A DNA stretch of 37,310 bases, taken from a virus. Its lineage: Duplodnaviria > Caudoviricetes. The notes under the pieces are model-generated. The model searched no databases. It was not told the DNA's origin and worked only from the letters and a program-made list of their open reading frames with translations. Location: positions 1 through 37,310 of IMG/VR virus record IMGVR_UViG_3300030330_002505. The stretch is one strand, 5' to 3'. Shown here in pieces: positions 25,284 to 35,971 of the stretch; position 1 is the stretch's first letter; every line of letters starts with the position of its first letter. Both the position numbers and the translations under genes were made by a program.

Positions 25284-28200
25284 TTAAGATTGAGGTGTAG
25301 TAAATGCTTCGTTTCCTTTCTGAATAGCTGCTTTGTAACGCTCCAAAAGCTCTGGGTTTTCTTGTAAAACTTGTTCTTGTGCTTTGCTTCTGTAAGCTCT
25401 GATAATGTTGTTGATTATGTCTATCTTAGGAGATTTTTCTCCTGTAGTCTCAAATACACTTAGGTTAGGAATATTTTTGTATTCTTTAGAACTCATAACT
25501 TCTTTTAAATACTGCCTAAGAGTTTTATCGCTGATTTTAACTGTACCAGTGAGTTCTTGAAGTCTGTCATATACATCGTATTTACCTACGCTTGATTCAA
25601 CTTCTTCAAGGTTTATATCTCTTATACCAAATAAATATTTGGGAGGTAGTTTATAACCTTGTCTAGTTTTAGCTATTTCGTTAAAGACTAGATCTTTTTT
25701 ATCAGGAGATACATAAAATGGATTTACTAATCCTAGCACCCCTGTTGGATTTGCTCTATAAACTTCTTCTCCTAATATATTTCTTTTAGGTGCTACTTTT
25801 TTATCTAAGCCTGGAACTCTTTTTGTAAGCGTATCGCTAAAGCTTTTTGCTTCTTTAACAATAATTTCAGATTTAGTATTTCTTGCTTGGTTTATAAGGT
25901 TAGGTACAAGTCCTGAACTTACATCTTTAAATAATTTAGGACCATAATATTCAGGATCTCTCATTACATTGAGCATATTGTTAACACCCTGTAAGAAAGT
26001 TTTATCTGTTAAGTTTACGGCATAAACTAAAGTCATTGCTGAAAATAGTTCAAAAGCACCTCTATCGTCATCATCTTTTACTTCATATATAAGATAGTCT
26101 CTGTAGTCTGCTGCCATTTGCATCATTGTTGCTACAGGATCAAGACGCTGATAACTGTAGTAAGTATCTCCAACTTTTATGGAATAAGGTTGCCATCCAG
26201 TTTCTCTTAGGGCATCTCTTTCCTGTCTGTTTCTTGGACCACCTCCTGTAATTGCTTGACTGCCTGAGTTGAGATATAAAAGAGTTGCTGCTGTAGTTAA
26301 TGTTCCCAATGAGAGTTGACCTAATGCGTCTGCTTTTTCTATATCAGTTCCCTCAAAGTATTTTCTTCTGTATTCTTTACTTACGTTTTTAAGTAAGCCA
26401 AAGGGTGATCTATCAAATCCAAATTTAAGAATATTGGCAGGAGTTCTAAGGAAAGGTACAACAAACTTTAGAACTGGGTGTTTTGTAAGTAATCTTGATA
26501 TAGGCTCAACTATAGATGCATTTTCTATTTTATTTGTAAATGTAGCTGTCTCTGCTCTTTGCCTGGCTTTTTCAGATCGAGCGTACACTTTGTCTAGAAT
26601 TGTAGCATTTTTATTAAACTTGTTTTCTGCTTTACGCATATAGTCTCTTATAAACTTTTCTTGGCCTTTACCAAAAGTTTTACCAGCTTTTTCCGCTGCT
26701 TGTTTTGCGCTCAACAGTAAACCTTGTTCACTCATATAACGACCTGATGCAGTGATGTAACTGTTTAAGTTTTTCTCTACATACTTTGCGACTTCATCCA
26801 TTTCTCTGCCAACAGATTGAATTTCATCATTCACATCTAGAAGTTCTCCTGCTGACTTGTTAGAGCCTTCTCCCTTACGAATCTTTTCATAAGCTTCCAT
26901 TGCGAGTTCAGTTCTTATTTCTTTCCTGTATGCTAGGTTTTTGAAGAACTCATCAAATGATGTTAGCAACCTTGACGGAAACCTTGTTACCTTTCCTATA
27001 GTATTTATACCTGTACCTAAAGTACTACTATCTGGTATTGTAGGTTTTCCAGGTAAAGCTTTTCCTATATTACTCGCTGAAATAGCTACGTCTCCTTGAC
27101 CGCTTGACTCGTTAAATTGTTTGCTTCCACTTATAAGAACTGGATCATCATTTTTTAGTGATAATACAGCAGCGTTTACTGCTTCTTTAAATGACTCGAT
27201 AGTGTAAGTAAGATTGAAAGTAGCTTTAAGAAGCTCAGTGTTTCCGCTGAATGCTGCACCCAATCCTCTTTCTGCTGAAAGCATAGCCCCAGTCAAGGCG
27301 TTACCTATTACGTTAACGACCTGTGTTGCAGGGCCACTGAGAATACTGTTGATCCAATACTCTTGAGTTATGTCTAATAGTCTTCTACCAGATGTCTTTT
27401 GTGCTAAATCAGCAGCCCTTCTAAGGTTAGCTAGATCGTCAAAAGATCCTACTGCTGCCATTTGTCTTGCAAGTTTTACTGGGTCTTTAGAACCAACTCT
27501 CTCATACAAAAACTTTGTGTAGTCAAGATCGTCCATTTTATCATCTAAAGACTTTATAGTTTTGTTTTTGTATTTATCATCTTTAAATGCGTTTTTTAAA
27601 TATTTTCTTTGAAGCAAGGACATTGAATCTCTTCTTGCTCGCTGTGCATTTACATCTACAGCTAACTCATAAAGAGTCATGCTATCTATAAATTCTCTGT
27701 AGGCATCTCCATCTGTAATCTTTGCTCCTGCATCCACCCATTTCTTCGCAGAACCTACAGCAATCTCTCCTGCTTCTCTCATTACTTGGTGGCTAGCAGC
27801 ATTCTGTCTCAACCATTGTTCGTGGAAACCAAAATCATCTTCACCTTTAAGGATTGCTTCAATAGAGTCTTTTGCTTGCCCTGTCATGTCTCCGCTGACA
27901 AAATCTATTTCTCGTTCTATCTCTTTGAATTTTTTTGCAGATATTTCTATTTTTTCTTTATTAAGGTCTGATCTTAAAGTCCAATCATCCATAATAGCTT
28001 GCATCTCAAAAGCATTTTCTGTTCTTCTAAGAAGACTACTAAGAATTGCTCTAGCTCCTCCAGTTTCAATTTTACCTGGTTTTATTTTCTTGTATGCATC
28101 AGCAGTGTCTTTCTTTGTTTGTTGATACGTTTTATTATCAACATCTAAGTACATAGGTTCAGATAGTTCTTTATCGCTTGCTATCTTTGCCTTTTTCAGT

Positions 28201-29252
28201 TTGGGTAAGTTCTCTCCTTTTGCTCTAGCTATTGCTCTTTTGAGTGTTGTTACAGCTTTTAGTTTTCCGTCTTTTCTTCTAGGATCTATGCCAAATTCTT
28301 CAGCCTCTTGTGCTAGCTTTTCTTGCGGAGTAATGAAAACATCATCAGGATCGTTTGGTATTTCATTTCCTAACGAAGGTTCTTCTTCCTCTGTTTTAAT
28401 ATTATCAAGAGTTTCATCAGGCTTGTTCATTGCGTCTGCTCCAGCCTTTTCTGCTTCTTTTGGAGTCTTACCTTTAGCCAAAGCATCTCTATAAGCTTTT
28501 AGCCCTTTAACACCTAGTCCAAATCCAAACAGCAAACCTCCAGTAATCCCTTCAATAACTGCTCCTTCCATTAGGTTTTTAAATCTTCCAACGTACTCAG
28601 AGTCTCCTTCGTTTCCTTCGTACTGTAAGAATTCTGTAAGAGGGTTGGCTAATCTTGTGTCTTGAACAAGGTCACTAAGTCTCGCCTCCTGTCCTTCAAA
28701 GGCTACAAAGTCAGAGAAAGCTGAAGCTCCAACTATTCTACCAAAGCTTGTTTTAGTATCCTTTTCAGCCATAGCTTTTCTAGTTGCTAGAGTTGACTGG
28801 TAATGTTTATCGGTCTTACTGCCCTTCATAAACTTAGTAATGAACTTACCTTTTGCAGCTTTGCCTAAGTATCCAACACCTTTAGCGACTTTTAACCCAG
28901 GAATAAATCCAACAATAAACTGAGACATTCCTTCTACAAATCCTCCAACAGTACTCTTACTATCGCCAAGAGGATTTAATGTAACGTCTACTCCTGGTAG
29001 AACATTAGCAGCACTTTCAAAAGCCTCGAAAGCACCCCTAATAGGAGCAAGTGCAACATCTCCAACAGTCTCAAGTAAAGTTAAACCTTCTTCTGTTTCC
29101 TGTTGTCCTTCTTGCATTTGAGGAACAGGACTAGGAGTGCTTTGACTTGCCTGTGTAACCCCAGAGCCAGCTTTGTTTCCTATAGCTCTAGGATTAACAG
29201 TTTCGCTAGCAAAAGCTGATGCTCCTTTTTTATATAGATCTGAAAATGCCAT
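25284..29252 (-). CDS. Internal virion protein (T7 gp16-like), 1322 aa
   Basis: Size and position; YWINSILSGP.TQ.VN, PFLRTPANI and GWQPYSIKVGD.YYSYQRLDP motifs recalled from marine T7-like gp16 homologues. Confidence 0.85.
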   Translation of the reverse strand: MAFSDLYKKGASAFASETVNPRAIGNKAGSGVTQASQSTPSPVPQMQEGQQETEEGLTLLETVGDVALAPIRGAFEAFESAANVLPGVDVTLNPLGDSKSTVGGFVEGMSQFIVGFIPGLKVAKGVGYLGKAAKGKFITKFMKGSKTDKHYQSTLATRKAMAEKDTKTSFGRIVGASAFSDFVAFEGQEARLSDLVQDTRLANPLTEFLQYEGNEGDSEYVGRFKNLMEGAVIEGITGGLLFGFGLGVKGLKAYRDALAKGKTPKEAEKAGADAMNKPDETLDNIKTEEEEPSLGNEIPNDPDDVFITPQEKLAQEAEEFGIDPRRKDGKLKAVTTLKRAIARAKGENLPKLKKAKIASDKELSEPMYLDVDNKTYQQTKKDTADAYKKIKPGKIETGGARAILSSLLRRTENAFEMQAIMDDWTLRSDLNKEKIEISAKKFKEIEREIDFVSGDMTGQAKDSIEAILKGEDDFGFHEQWLRQNAASHQVMREAGEIAVGSAKKWVDAGAKITDGDAYREFIDSMTLYELAVDVNAQRARRDSMSLLQRKYLKNAFKDDKYKNKTIKSLDDKMDDLDYTKFLYERVGSKDPVKLARQMAAVGSFDDLANLRRAADLAQKTSGRRLLDITQEYWINSILSGPATQVVNVIGNALTGAMLSAERGLGAAFSGNTELLKATFNLTYTIESFKEAVNAAVLSLKNDDPVLISGSKQFNESSGQGDVAISASNIGKALPGKPTIPDSSTLGTGINTIGKVTRFPSRLLTSFDEFFKNLAYRKEIRTELAMEAYEKIRKGEGSNKSAGELLDVNDEIQSVGREMDEVAKYVEKNLNSYITASGRYMSEQGLLLSAKQAAEKAGKTFGKGQEKFIRDYMRKAENKFNKNATILDKVYARSEKARQRAETATFTNKIENASIVEPISRLLTKHPVLKFVVPFLRTPANILKFGFDRSPFGLLKNVSKEYRRKYFEGTDIEKADALGQLSLGTLTTAATLLYLNSGSQAITGGGPRNRQERDALRETGWQPYSIKVGDTYYSYQRLDPVATMMQMAADYRDYLIYEVKDDDDRGAFELFSAMTLVYAVNLTDKTFLQGVNNMLNVMRDPEYYGPKLFKDVSSGLVPNLINQARNTKSEIIVKEAKSFSDTLTKRVPGLDKKVAPKRNILGEEVYRANPTGVLGLVNPFYVSPDKKDLVFNEIAKTRQGYKLPPKYLFGIRDINLEEVESSVGKYDVYDRLQELTGTVKISDKTLRQYLKEVMSSKEYKNIPNLSVFETTGEKSPKIDIINNIIRAYRSKAQEQVLQENPELLERYKAAIQKGNEAFTTPQS

Positions 29253-29289
29253 AAATTTTAATTATTAGTGATTGATTGAGTGAGTTGTT

Positions 29290-31740
29290 TTATTCTTGTT
29301 CGGGTAAAGTGTAAGCGTTAATTATCTTTTCTTGTGCGTCTACAAACTCTCTTGGTGTAACAGGTATATCGTTTTTCTTAATAATTTCTTCTACAGTGTT
29401 TACTGCGTCTATAATATTTTCGTTGAAGTTTGCTATCGTATTCAATGTAAGTATAGGCATCTTGTCGTAGCTAACTCTTATAAGATTATCTACAGGATAA
29501 CCAACATCGTCTCCTTCAAATCTTGCTATACCTTGTCTTGCTTCTTCTTCTGTAAGCCCAGAGGTAAGTATTAACCTTCCCATTTGTCTTCTTCTTTCAG
29601 TCATTATTTCACCAGAAGCTTCCTCAGTTGCGTCAACAGCCCCAAGGGTTCCAGGGTATCCACCTATAAGAGGAGAAACTACAGTACCTTCTCTTATGGT
29701 TTTTAAATAAGAAGGAGCGTAATCTATTTTACTCCGTATTATTTTTAAATTAGTAAAGAACTCATCTACCTTTTCTTTATCATCTCTGAACAGCCCTTCT
29801 TTCCTTACATTATTAAATTTAGTGTTGTAATTATCTAAGTCGGATTGCTCATAATTAACGTCAAAAAGACCTCCCAAAAATGTTTCATCGTTATCGGCAA
29901 TTCCAAAGTTGCTTTCTAGGCTAACATCAGGCTTGTTGTTACCATCGTTTGGAAAAGTATCCTTTCTTGATAGAAGTTCCCTGTCTTTATTTTCGATAAG
30001 CTCTTCTTCTGTTATACTTCCAATTGCTATGTCTTGTTGTTCCTCTGGTGTAAGTCTGGGATTTAGTTGCGATTGGTTTGTTTGATTTGCGGAATCTCTT
30101 TTAAGAAATTGTTCTTCATTCAGGTAATCTATAAACTTGGTTCGAGCTTCTTGTTGTAATTTTTCAGCTATTTTTGGAGCATACTCTTTTAAAAAGTTTT
30201 CTCTTCCTGAATCTCCTAAATTATCATCATCTTCAAATACTAGCTCTCTTGCTTTTGAACGCATTTCACTATCAAATTTTTGATTAGCTTCAGCGAAAAG
30301 TTTTCTTCTAGTTTGATATATTTCTGGGTCATTGAAAATGTAATCAACACTAAGAGGATCGTCTATTTCACGTTGAAATTTTGTAATTAACGACTTATAT
30401 TTCTTGAAGCCTTCTTCGTTTTCAAAGTCTCCTAAACTAACCTCGTTTGGCATAACAGCCTTCAAAGCTATCCCAACATTTGAGTCTTGAGTTAGTCCTT
30501 CAATGTCAGCTTCTTCTTGTTGGCTTAGTCTTATCTTTTCGTCGTTTAAGTATTCTCTAAAATCTTCGATAAGTTTTGGATTACCTGCTAATCTTTGATA
30601 TGTTTTTGCTAATTCACCATCATCAAGGTTTCTTATTCTTCCTAGTTCTCTTATCTTTGGGTTTACAAAATCTGTTTCTGGTACAACATCAATACCAGGA
30701 AATACGTTGAAGACAGCTTGAGGATCTTGTGGTTTTATTGTCCTAAGTTTAGGTCTTATCTCAGTGTCAAAAATGTTCTCTACAACTTTGTTATTTAACT
30801 TCGAGTTCTTTGCTAACATTCTGTCCTCTTCGTCATTGACAAATCTTTGAAGCTTTTCAATTTTCAAAGAAGTAACTTTGTCATTAAACAGAGGTGTTTT
30901 ATTTACTTTTGTTTTTTGTAACGTATCAATTAGAAGTCTAGCCTCATTATGTCTTTCATCCATTGCTAGTGCTTCTATCCTGCTACTTGTCATGTCAATG
31001 AACAGGGATTTTATCTTACTGTTTGAAATCCCTTGGCTTTGAAATACTTTGTCAAAGCTATCAAAGTAAGTTTGCATCTGAGTAAAAGTCGCCTGTTCAT
31101 CATTTGGTATGGGATCTGGAAAGTTTCTTGTGAAAACATCAAATGTTGCGTCGGTCAGATAAGCATCTCTCCTCTTATCATAAGTTTCTGATTCTTGTGT
31201 ATAAAAGTCAGCACTTGCTTTGGACCACATTGCATTATGAATGTCAGCCATGAAGGGCTTATCTTTAATGTTTTCTCTTATCTGTTGGTCAATGTTTTTA
31301 AGGCCACTGTTAATATACTCATCAAACAACCCACGATCAGCCAGTCTTTCTACTCCTTGTTTTTCTATGTCAGAGGATAACTTTGAAAACAAAGGTTTTA
31401 CAGTTAATTCAAACCCTCTACTGTAAAGTGTTTCGTTGTATTTCTTCTCATAACCTATCTTGTCTAAGAGGCCCATTTCTTTACCTTCTGCTCCTGCCAT
31501 CTGAGCTTTTACTTCTTCATTACTAACTTTAGTTAATGCGTCAATTTCTGCTCTTTGTTGTTGAACGTTACTAAACTGTCCAAGAACTGTACTGAACTGA
31601 GCGAGGTTTTTTGCTAAAACTTGTGCTTGAGTTAATCTTGGTAAAGGAGCAGCAAACACTTGGTTTCGTCCTGCACCTCTAACTGTGGGCTGTAAGCTTA
31701 CTTGATTTAGATCTAAGTTTGTCTGAGGTCTTGTTGCCAT
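29290..31740 (-). CDS. Internal virion protein (T7 gp15-like), 816 aa
   Basis: Position between the gp14-like and gp16-like genes; helical; N-terminal LAKNLAQFS..L motif. Confidence 0.75.
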   Translation of the reverse strand: MATRPQTNLDLNQVSLQPTVRGAGRNQVFAAPLPRLTQAQVLAKNLAQFSTVLGQFSNVQQQRAEIDALTKVSNEEVKAQMAGAEGKEMGLLDKIGYEKKYNETLYSRGFELTVKPLFSKLSSDIEKQGVERLADRGLFDEYINSGLKNIDQQIRENIKDKPFMADIHNAMWSKASADFYTQESETYDKRRDAYLTDATFDVFTRNFPDPIPNDEQATFTQMQTYFDSFDKVFQSQGISNSKIKSLFIDMTSSRIEALAMDERHNEARLLIDTLQKTKVNKTPLFNDKVTSLKIEKLQRFVNDEEDRMLAKNSKLNNKVVENIFDTEIRPKLRTIKPQDPQAVFNVFPGIDVVPETDFVNPKIRELGRIRNLDDGELAKTYQRLAGNPKLIEDFREYLNDEKIRLSQQEEADIEGLTQDSNVGIALKAVMPNEVSLGDFENEEGFKKYKSLITKFQREIDDPLSVDYIFNDPEIYQTRRKLFAEANQKFDSEMRSKARELVFEDDDNLGDSGRENFLKEYAPKIAEKLQQEARTKFIDYLNEEQFLKRDSANQTNQSQLNPRLTPEEQQDIAIGSITEEELIENKDRELLSRKDTFPNDGNNKPDVSLESNFGIADNDETFLGGLFDVNYEQSDLDNYNTKFNNVRKEGLFRDDKEKVDEFFTNLKIIRSKIDYAPSYLKTIREGTVVSPLIGGYPGTLGAVDATEEASGEIMTERRRQMGRLILTSGLTEEEARQGIARFEGDDVGYPVDNLIRVSYDKMPILTLNTIANFNENIIDAVNTVEEIIKKNDIPVTPREFVDAQEKIINAYTLPEQE

Positions 31741-31746
31741 ATAATT

Positions 31747-32274
31747 TTATTTAATGAGTCCTGCGTTCTTCATTACGCTGTAGTTACTAAGTCCTGTTTG
31801 TATCCCTCCAAATACAGAGCCAATATAATCAGGTTGTTCTATCGGTCTGTTAATGCGAAGCATGTTTCTGTTAAATCCTATTCCTGCTTCCTTTAATTGA
31901 ATCTGCCTGTTAACATCAACCATCTCTGCCTGTTGCTGTTCTGAAAAATTGTATTGAGCTTCTTGTCTAGAAAAGTCTCCTAAAAGTGCTTGAACACTTA
32001 GCCCAGATACCCCAGACTCTCCTGCTGCAACTGTGGCTCTTGCTCTAGCTTCCATAGCTCTCTTAGATGCCTCCTGTATCCTCTGCGCTCTTGCAACCAT
32101 CTCTTGTTGCTGTTGGGTTCGCATTGCAGATACTTCTGCCAGATATCTTTGACGTTCTTGGACTGAAGCCGTTGCTTGGGCTTGTTGCTGCATTTCTGCT
32201 TGCTGTCTTTGGCCTATAATCGAGGTAGCCGTTTGAGCAGCCCCGATTGCTACTGCTGCTAAAGGTGTACACAT
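31747..32274 (-). CDS. Internal virion protein (T7 gp14-like)
   Basis: MC-P start, Ala/Gln-rich, ARATVAAGESGVSGLSV motif. Confidence 0.88.
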   Translation of the reverse strand: MCTPLAAVAIGAAQTATSIIGQRQQAEMQQQAQATASVQERQRYLAEVSAMRTQQQQEMVARAQRIQEASKRAMEARARATVAAGESGVSGLSVQALLGDFSRQEAQYNFSEQQQAEMVDVNRQIQLKEAGIGFNRNMLRINRPIEQPDYIGSVFGGIQTGLSNYSVMKNAGLIK

Positions 32275-32280
32275 AAATTA

Positions 32281-32775
32281 TTATTTTTCTTCTTCGTTAT
32301 TGTTAATTAATATAAAATTGTAAAAAGGTTCTTTGTTGAACTCGACTTCTTCTAGGAACTCTGCTCCAACCCAACGAAGCCAACGCACTGCTGGTCTGTT
32401 GTATTTATAGACAAAGTTTCCTGCCATTCCTCCCACTAGTTTCAACAACTCATTAACCCAAGTCTTTGAGTACTTCACAAATTCTTTCTTGTATCTCTTG
32501 GATATCTCATCAGTCCCAAGCATCCATAGGTAAGGGAACATGTCTCCTTCACCAACACCAAACATTCCGATTGGTTTTCCTTTGTTGTTAAGGACTGTTA
32601 AGGTAGCCAAGTCATACTTGAAGGCATCGTGAAGAGCATCTATGGGTTTCCTTCCCATGCACATGCATTCCATGTTGTCTCCTGCACGAAGCTTTGGTGC
32701 AAGGTAATCAGCGTGATCTGGATGTGCTTCAACAATCTCAAGCGATGGATACTTAATTACTGATTGATCAAACAC
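32281..32775 (-). CDS. T7 gp13-like protein (GNAT-like fold)
   Basis: LR..D..EC, GMFGV, WMLGTD and N.VYKYN..AVRWLRWVGAEF motifs. Start may be GTG 32775 (used here) or ATG 32805. Confidence 0.82.
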   Translation of the reverse strand: MFDQSVIKYPSLEIVEAHPDHADYLAPKLRAGDNMECMCMGRKPIDALHDAFKYDLATLTVLNNKGKPIGMFGVGEGDMFPYLWMLGTDEISKRYKKEFVKYSKTWVNELLKLVGGMAGNFVYKYNRPAVRWLRWVGAEFLEEVEFNKEPFYNFILINNNEEEK

Positions 32776-35269
32776 GCCTACTTCTAGTGTGGATAAATGA
32801 CTCAAACTCTGCTGACTGGAAGTTACCAGGCAACGCTGAATCGTTTACTATTTTTATTGTAGTGTCTTTTGCTGAAGACATGATGGGGAAACTAAATGAA
32901 CCAGACTCGATAGGAAGCGTTCCTACAACAGTACTTCCAACAATATTGCTAGAGAATACATTGTTATATGTCTGTCTGGCCTTTGGTGTGACTTCTACTT
33001 TGAAGCTTGCAGTGTCATCAAAGAATAAAGTGCCTCCTTTTAGGAAGTGCCTTTGGTATCCTGATGGACTCTTTCTTTGGTTAGCACGTTGCTTGAACAT
33101 CTGCTCACTGAAGGTGTAACTCATGGTGTATTTAACACCTACCCACACTGGGGTGTTGTTATGACTAGCGTCTACTGTAACAGTGGTTCCGTTAACAGTA
33201 CAAGGTATCAAAGCTCCTGCTTTAGTGCTACCAGCTTCTCTTGTGTATACTTGTATTTCATCATCACTTTCTGGAGTGAATGAGAGAGTGATTTGTCCGT
33301 TTGCAATAGTAGCTTGTTGTCTTAAATCAAGATAGGTGTTAAAACTTGTACCAGTGTCCACAAGCTTCTCTTCCATAGGCATTACAAGTAACTCAGTCTT
33401 ATTGCTCTTGGTTGCTATAATGTAAAGATCACTTTCAATAAATTCAAAGCCTACAACAGAGAAGGGGAAGGTAAACTTACTCCAACTTGCTAGTATCTTC
33501 TGTGCGCCCTCCCAGTAGTACTTGTAGACATACATGCTTTTATTATCAGACTCACTCACAACACAAATGCAGTTCTCTGTAGTAGATCCTGCCATGTCCA
33601 TGATGTTTGATGGGATGTATTGAGGTACGTGTGCTGTTATCTCAACGGAGTCGTAAGTGTCTGTGTTTGCATTTATGTTGAACTCACGCACTCCTGAGAA
33701 ACTTCCTCTGGTAAACGGAAAGTAGATGTAGCTACCAAGCTCAAGAGGTGGAGTACTTGTATTAGTCTCGTAGTTTGTAACAGGTGTTATTGAAACTGTT
33801 TTGGGAGTGAGTAGATCTCCTCCTCTAAGAACAAACTGACCACGCTCTCCAAAGAGTATAAGGTTCTCTTGGAATCCTACTGCTGACTTTAGCTTAGTAA
33901 CTCTAGTACTGGCTACGTTGACATCGATGGGGTCTGAGTCCAATAAGGTTCTTACAGTGGTTCTGAAGAAGTTAAAGTACTCTCCTGCTTCTGACAGAAT
34001 AACACTGCCTTCTGAAAGAAAGCCTAGTCGGTTCTTGTAGAAGAATATGTCAGAGATCTTTCTGTCTCCATTGTTTCCCGATGATACATTGAAGAAAGAA
34101 GGGAAGGGGTTCGTGTTGTCATCTCCTGCTTGTTTGGTTGTCCAAGAACACGCTGCTAAATTAAAATTATTTACTGATGTGTTGACAAGTTTAAATGGAA
34201 GTGTATCTGCGTCTAGTTGTATGAACTCATCAAATCCAACGTCTTCAAAGTAACCTCCATCACCTATTGCTGACCCGTCGTTTGTTTCAAACTTTACGTA
34301 GTAATCGTCCTCGTTGTCATCAACAGATCCTCGTACCTTTATTCTAAAATTGTTTGGAGCTACCTTTGGTAAGTCAGAGATAGCATCAACTTCCTTGTAA
34401 GCTACTCCAAGTGCTGTTCCAGATTTACTGTCAGATACTCTTATCTTAAAAGGAGAAGAAGAGCTAGAGGATATGGTAAAGAAGTTGTCTGGTCTTCCAA
34501 AGTCATCTATACCATCGGGATCTGCGTCATTTCCGCTTTCATCTTCAAAGAATACTTCTGTACGAGCATGAGCAGCTTGTAAAGATGAAGGAGTAGAAAC
34601 AGAAAATATAGAACCACTTATTGCTTGTCCTAATTCAGTGTTGAGCTTTGCAGCGATTACTCCAGACCGAAGGCGTGAGTCTTTTATTTTATTAGTTGGT
34701 TGTTGACCAGAAACATAAGTTGCTTTGTACGTAGTTCCCCCGTCATCTGTCACTTCTACAGTGTATTCGGTTGCGTAATCTGCTTGCTTTATAAATACTA
34801 TTGCTTTGTTATCGGCTGCTATAATAGCACTCTTGGTAGAAGCTCTGTCTATATCAACTGTTGTGTTTAGGATAAAAGTCGTATCACCAACTGTAAGAGC
34901 TTTATAAGATTCTCTAGGCTTTAGATTGTTCGCTAGGTGAAGGTAATGTCCACTAGTAAAACTTACTGTTCCTGTAAGTGTAACTGAAGCAAAGTTCAAG
35001 ATGTCATATACCTGTGCAACATTGCTGTTAATAATCAGAACATAACGCTCTTGCTTGTCTCTGTTGATAAAATGTACAAAAGCATCATCTTCAATAGCAG
35101 AACTTACAAGCTGTGTTAGATACCTTGTATTGGGCCTCTTCTTCAATCCATCAGCTACCGAAGACAAAGCGTTTATCTGATCTTCACATTGTCCATCAAA
35201 TCTGAGCGTGTCTGGTTGTTGACTAACACCCTGGACAAGGTTTGGAAGTGAAGTATTTATCAAAGCCAT
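32768..35269 (-). CDS. Tail tubular protein B / nozzle (T7 gp12-like)
   Basis: PNLVQGVSQQPD, GLKKRP, AGDDNTNPFPSF, FFYKNRLGFLS and FNFFRTTV..LLDSDPIDV motifs. Confidence 0.96.
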   Translation of the reverse strand: MALINTSLPNLVQGVSQQPDTLRFDGQCEDQINALSSVADGLKKRPNTRYLTQLVSSAIEDDAFVHFINRDKQERYVLIINSNVAQVYDILNFASVTLTGTVSFTSGHYLHLANNLKPRESYKALTVGDTTFILNTTVDIDRASTKSAIIAADNKAIVFIKQADYATEYTVEVTDDGGTTYKATYVSGQQPTNKIKDSRLRSGVIAAKLNTELGQAISGSIFSVSTPSSLQAAHARTEVFFEDESGNDADPDGIDDFGRPDNFFTISSSSSSPFKIRVSDSKSGTALGVAYKEVDAISDLPKVAPNNFRIKVRGSVDDNEDDYYVKFETNDGSAIGDGGYFEDVGFDEFIQLDADTLPFKLVNTSVNNFNLAACSWTTKQAGDDNTNPFPSFFNVSSGNNGDRKISDIFFYKNRLGFLSEGSVILSEAGEYFNFFRTTVRTLLDSDPIDVNVASTRVTKLKSAVGFQENLILFGERGQFVLRGGDLLTPKTVSITPVTNYETNTSTPPLELGSYIYFPFTRGSFSGVREFNINANTDTYDSVEITAHVPQYIPSNIMDMAGSTTENCICVVSESDNKSMYVYKYYWEGAQKILASWSKFTFPFSVVGFEFIESDLYIIATKSNKTELLVMPMEEKLVDTGTSFNTYLDLRQQATIANGQITLSFTPESDDEIQVYTREAGSTKAGALIPCTVNGTTVTVDASHNNTPVWVGVKYTMSYTFSEQMFKQRANQRKSPSGYQRHFLKGGTLFFDDTASFKVEVTPKARQTYNNVFSSNIVGSTVVGTLPIESGSFSFPIMSSAKDTTIKIVNDSALPGNFQSAEFESFIHTRSRRV

Positions 35270-35276
35270 TTTATTA

Positions 35277-35870
35277 TTAATATAAATCGTAGTTTCTATT
35301 GATACCTATTCTAGTGACGGCATCGAAGTTATCAAAAATTGTTCTGTCAGCATTGGAACTATCTGCTCTTTCCAGATTAGCTTTTGCTGCAAATTCATCT
35401 CTTATTATGAGAGCTTCAAGTTCTCTAGAGCCAACCAATCGTGACTGTAGGGATCTTGCAGCTTTTAGTGCTATGTATCTTCTTGCTTGTTCTGGTAAAT
35501 CATCCCAGTCCAACAGAAATGTTATAGTCACCTTTATGTCGTTTGTGAAAGTAGTTGTCTGGTTCTTTCTGTCAAATAGAGAAAGCCCTCGTTGCACTAG
35601 GTCAACATCCTCAGTGCCATCATGGTCTACCTGTAGTGTATTATTAGGTAGAGTGATTGAGTTGTTTGTTGGAGAAAGAACGTAGTCTTTAACAGTATTA
35701 AAATGCCAACCTTCACTCTGCACCTCTCTTGAAACTTCATCAAGGATTGATACAGCGTTAGCAGCCGACACTGGAAGCTCAGAAGTGTTACTTATGCTGT
35801 TGACTGGAGCTTCTCCTATGTATCCCAACATAGTGTTAACAGCCTCTAGCTGCGATGTAAGTGTTGCCAT
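35277..35870 (-). CDS. Tail tubular protein A / gatekeeper (T7 gp11-like)
   Basis: LEAVNTMLGYIGEAPV, VQSEGWHFN and DLPEQARRYI motifs. Confidence 0.96.
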   Translation of the reverse strand: MATLTSQLEAVNTMLGYIGEAPVNSISNTSELPVSAANAVSILDEVSREVQSEGWHFNTVKDYVLSPTNNSITLPNNTLQVDHDGTEDVDLVQRGLSLFDRKNQTTTFTNDIKVTITFLLDWDDLPEQARRYIALKAARSLQSRLVGSRELEALIIRDEFAAKANLERADSSNADRTIFDNFDAVTRIGINRNYDLY

Positions 35871-35898
35871 GTAAAATTAATGAGTTGTTTGTTTATGT

Positions 35899-35936
35899 AA
35901 AAGAAAAGGGCAGGAGCCATATTACGACTCCCACCC
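35899..35936 (-). terminator. Intrinsic terminator after the capsid gene (T-phi-like)
   Basis: Minus strand GGGTGGGAGTCGT-AAT-ATGGCTCCTGCCC followed by TTTTCTTTT. Confidence 0.85.
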
Positions 35937-35971
35937 AATCCTCTGTGTATGATTATATGTAGATTATTCTA

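Noticed and set aside
35919-35930. ATATTACGACTC resembling the T7 promoter
   Set aside because: It is on the non-transcribed strand, forms the stem-loop of the capsid terminator and lacks the downstream CACTATAG
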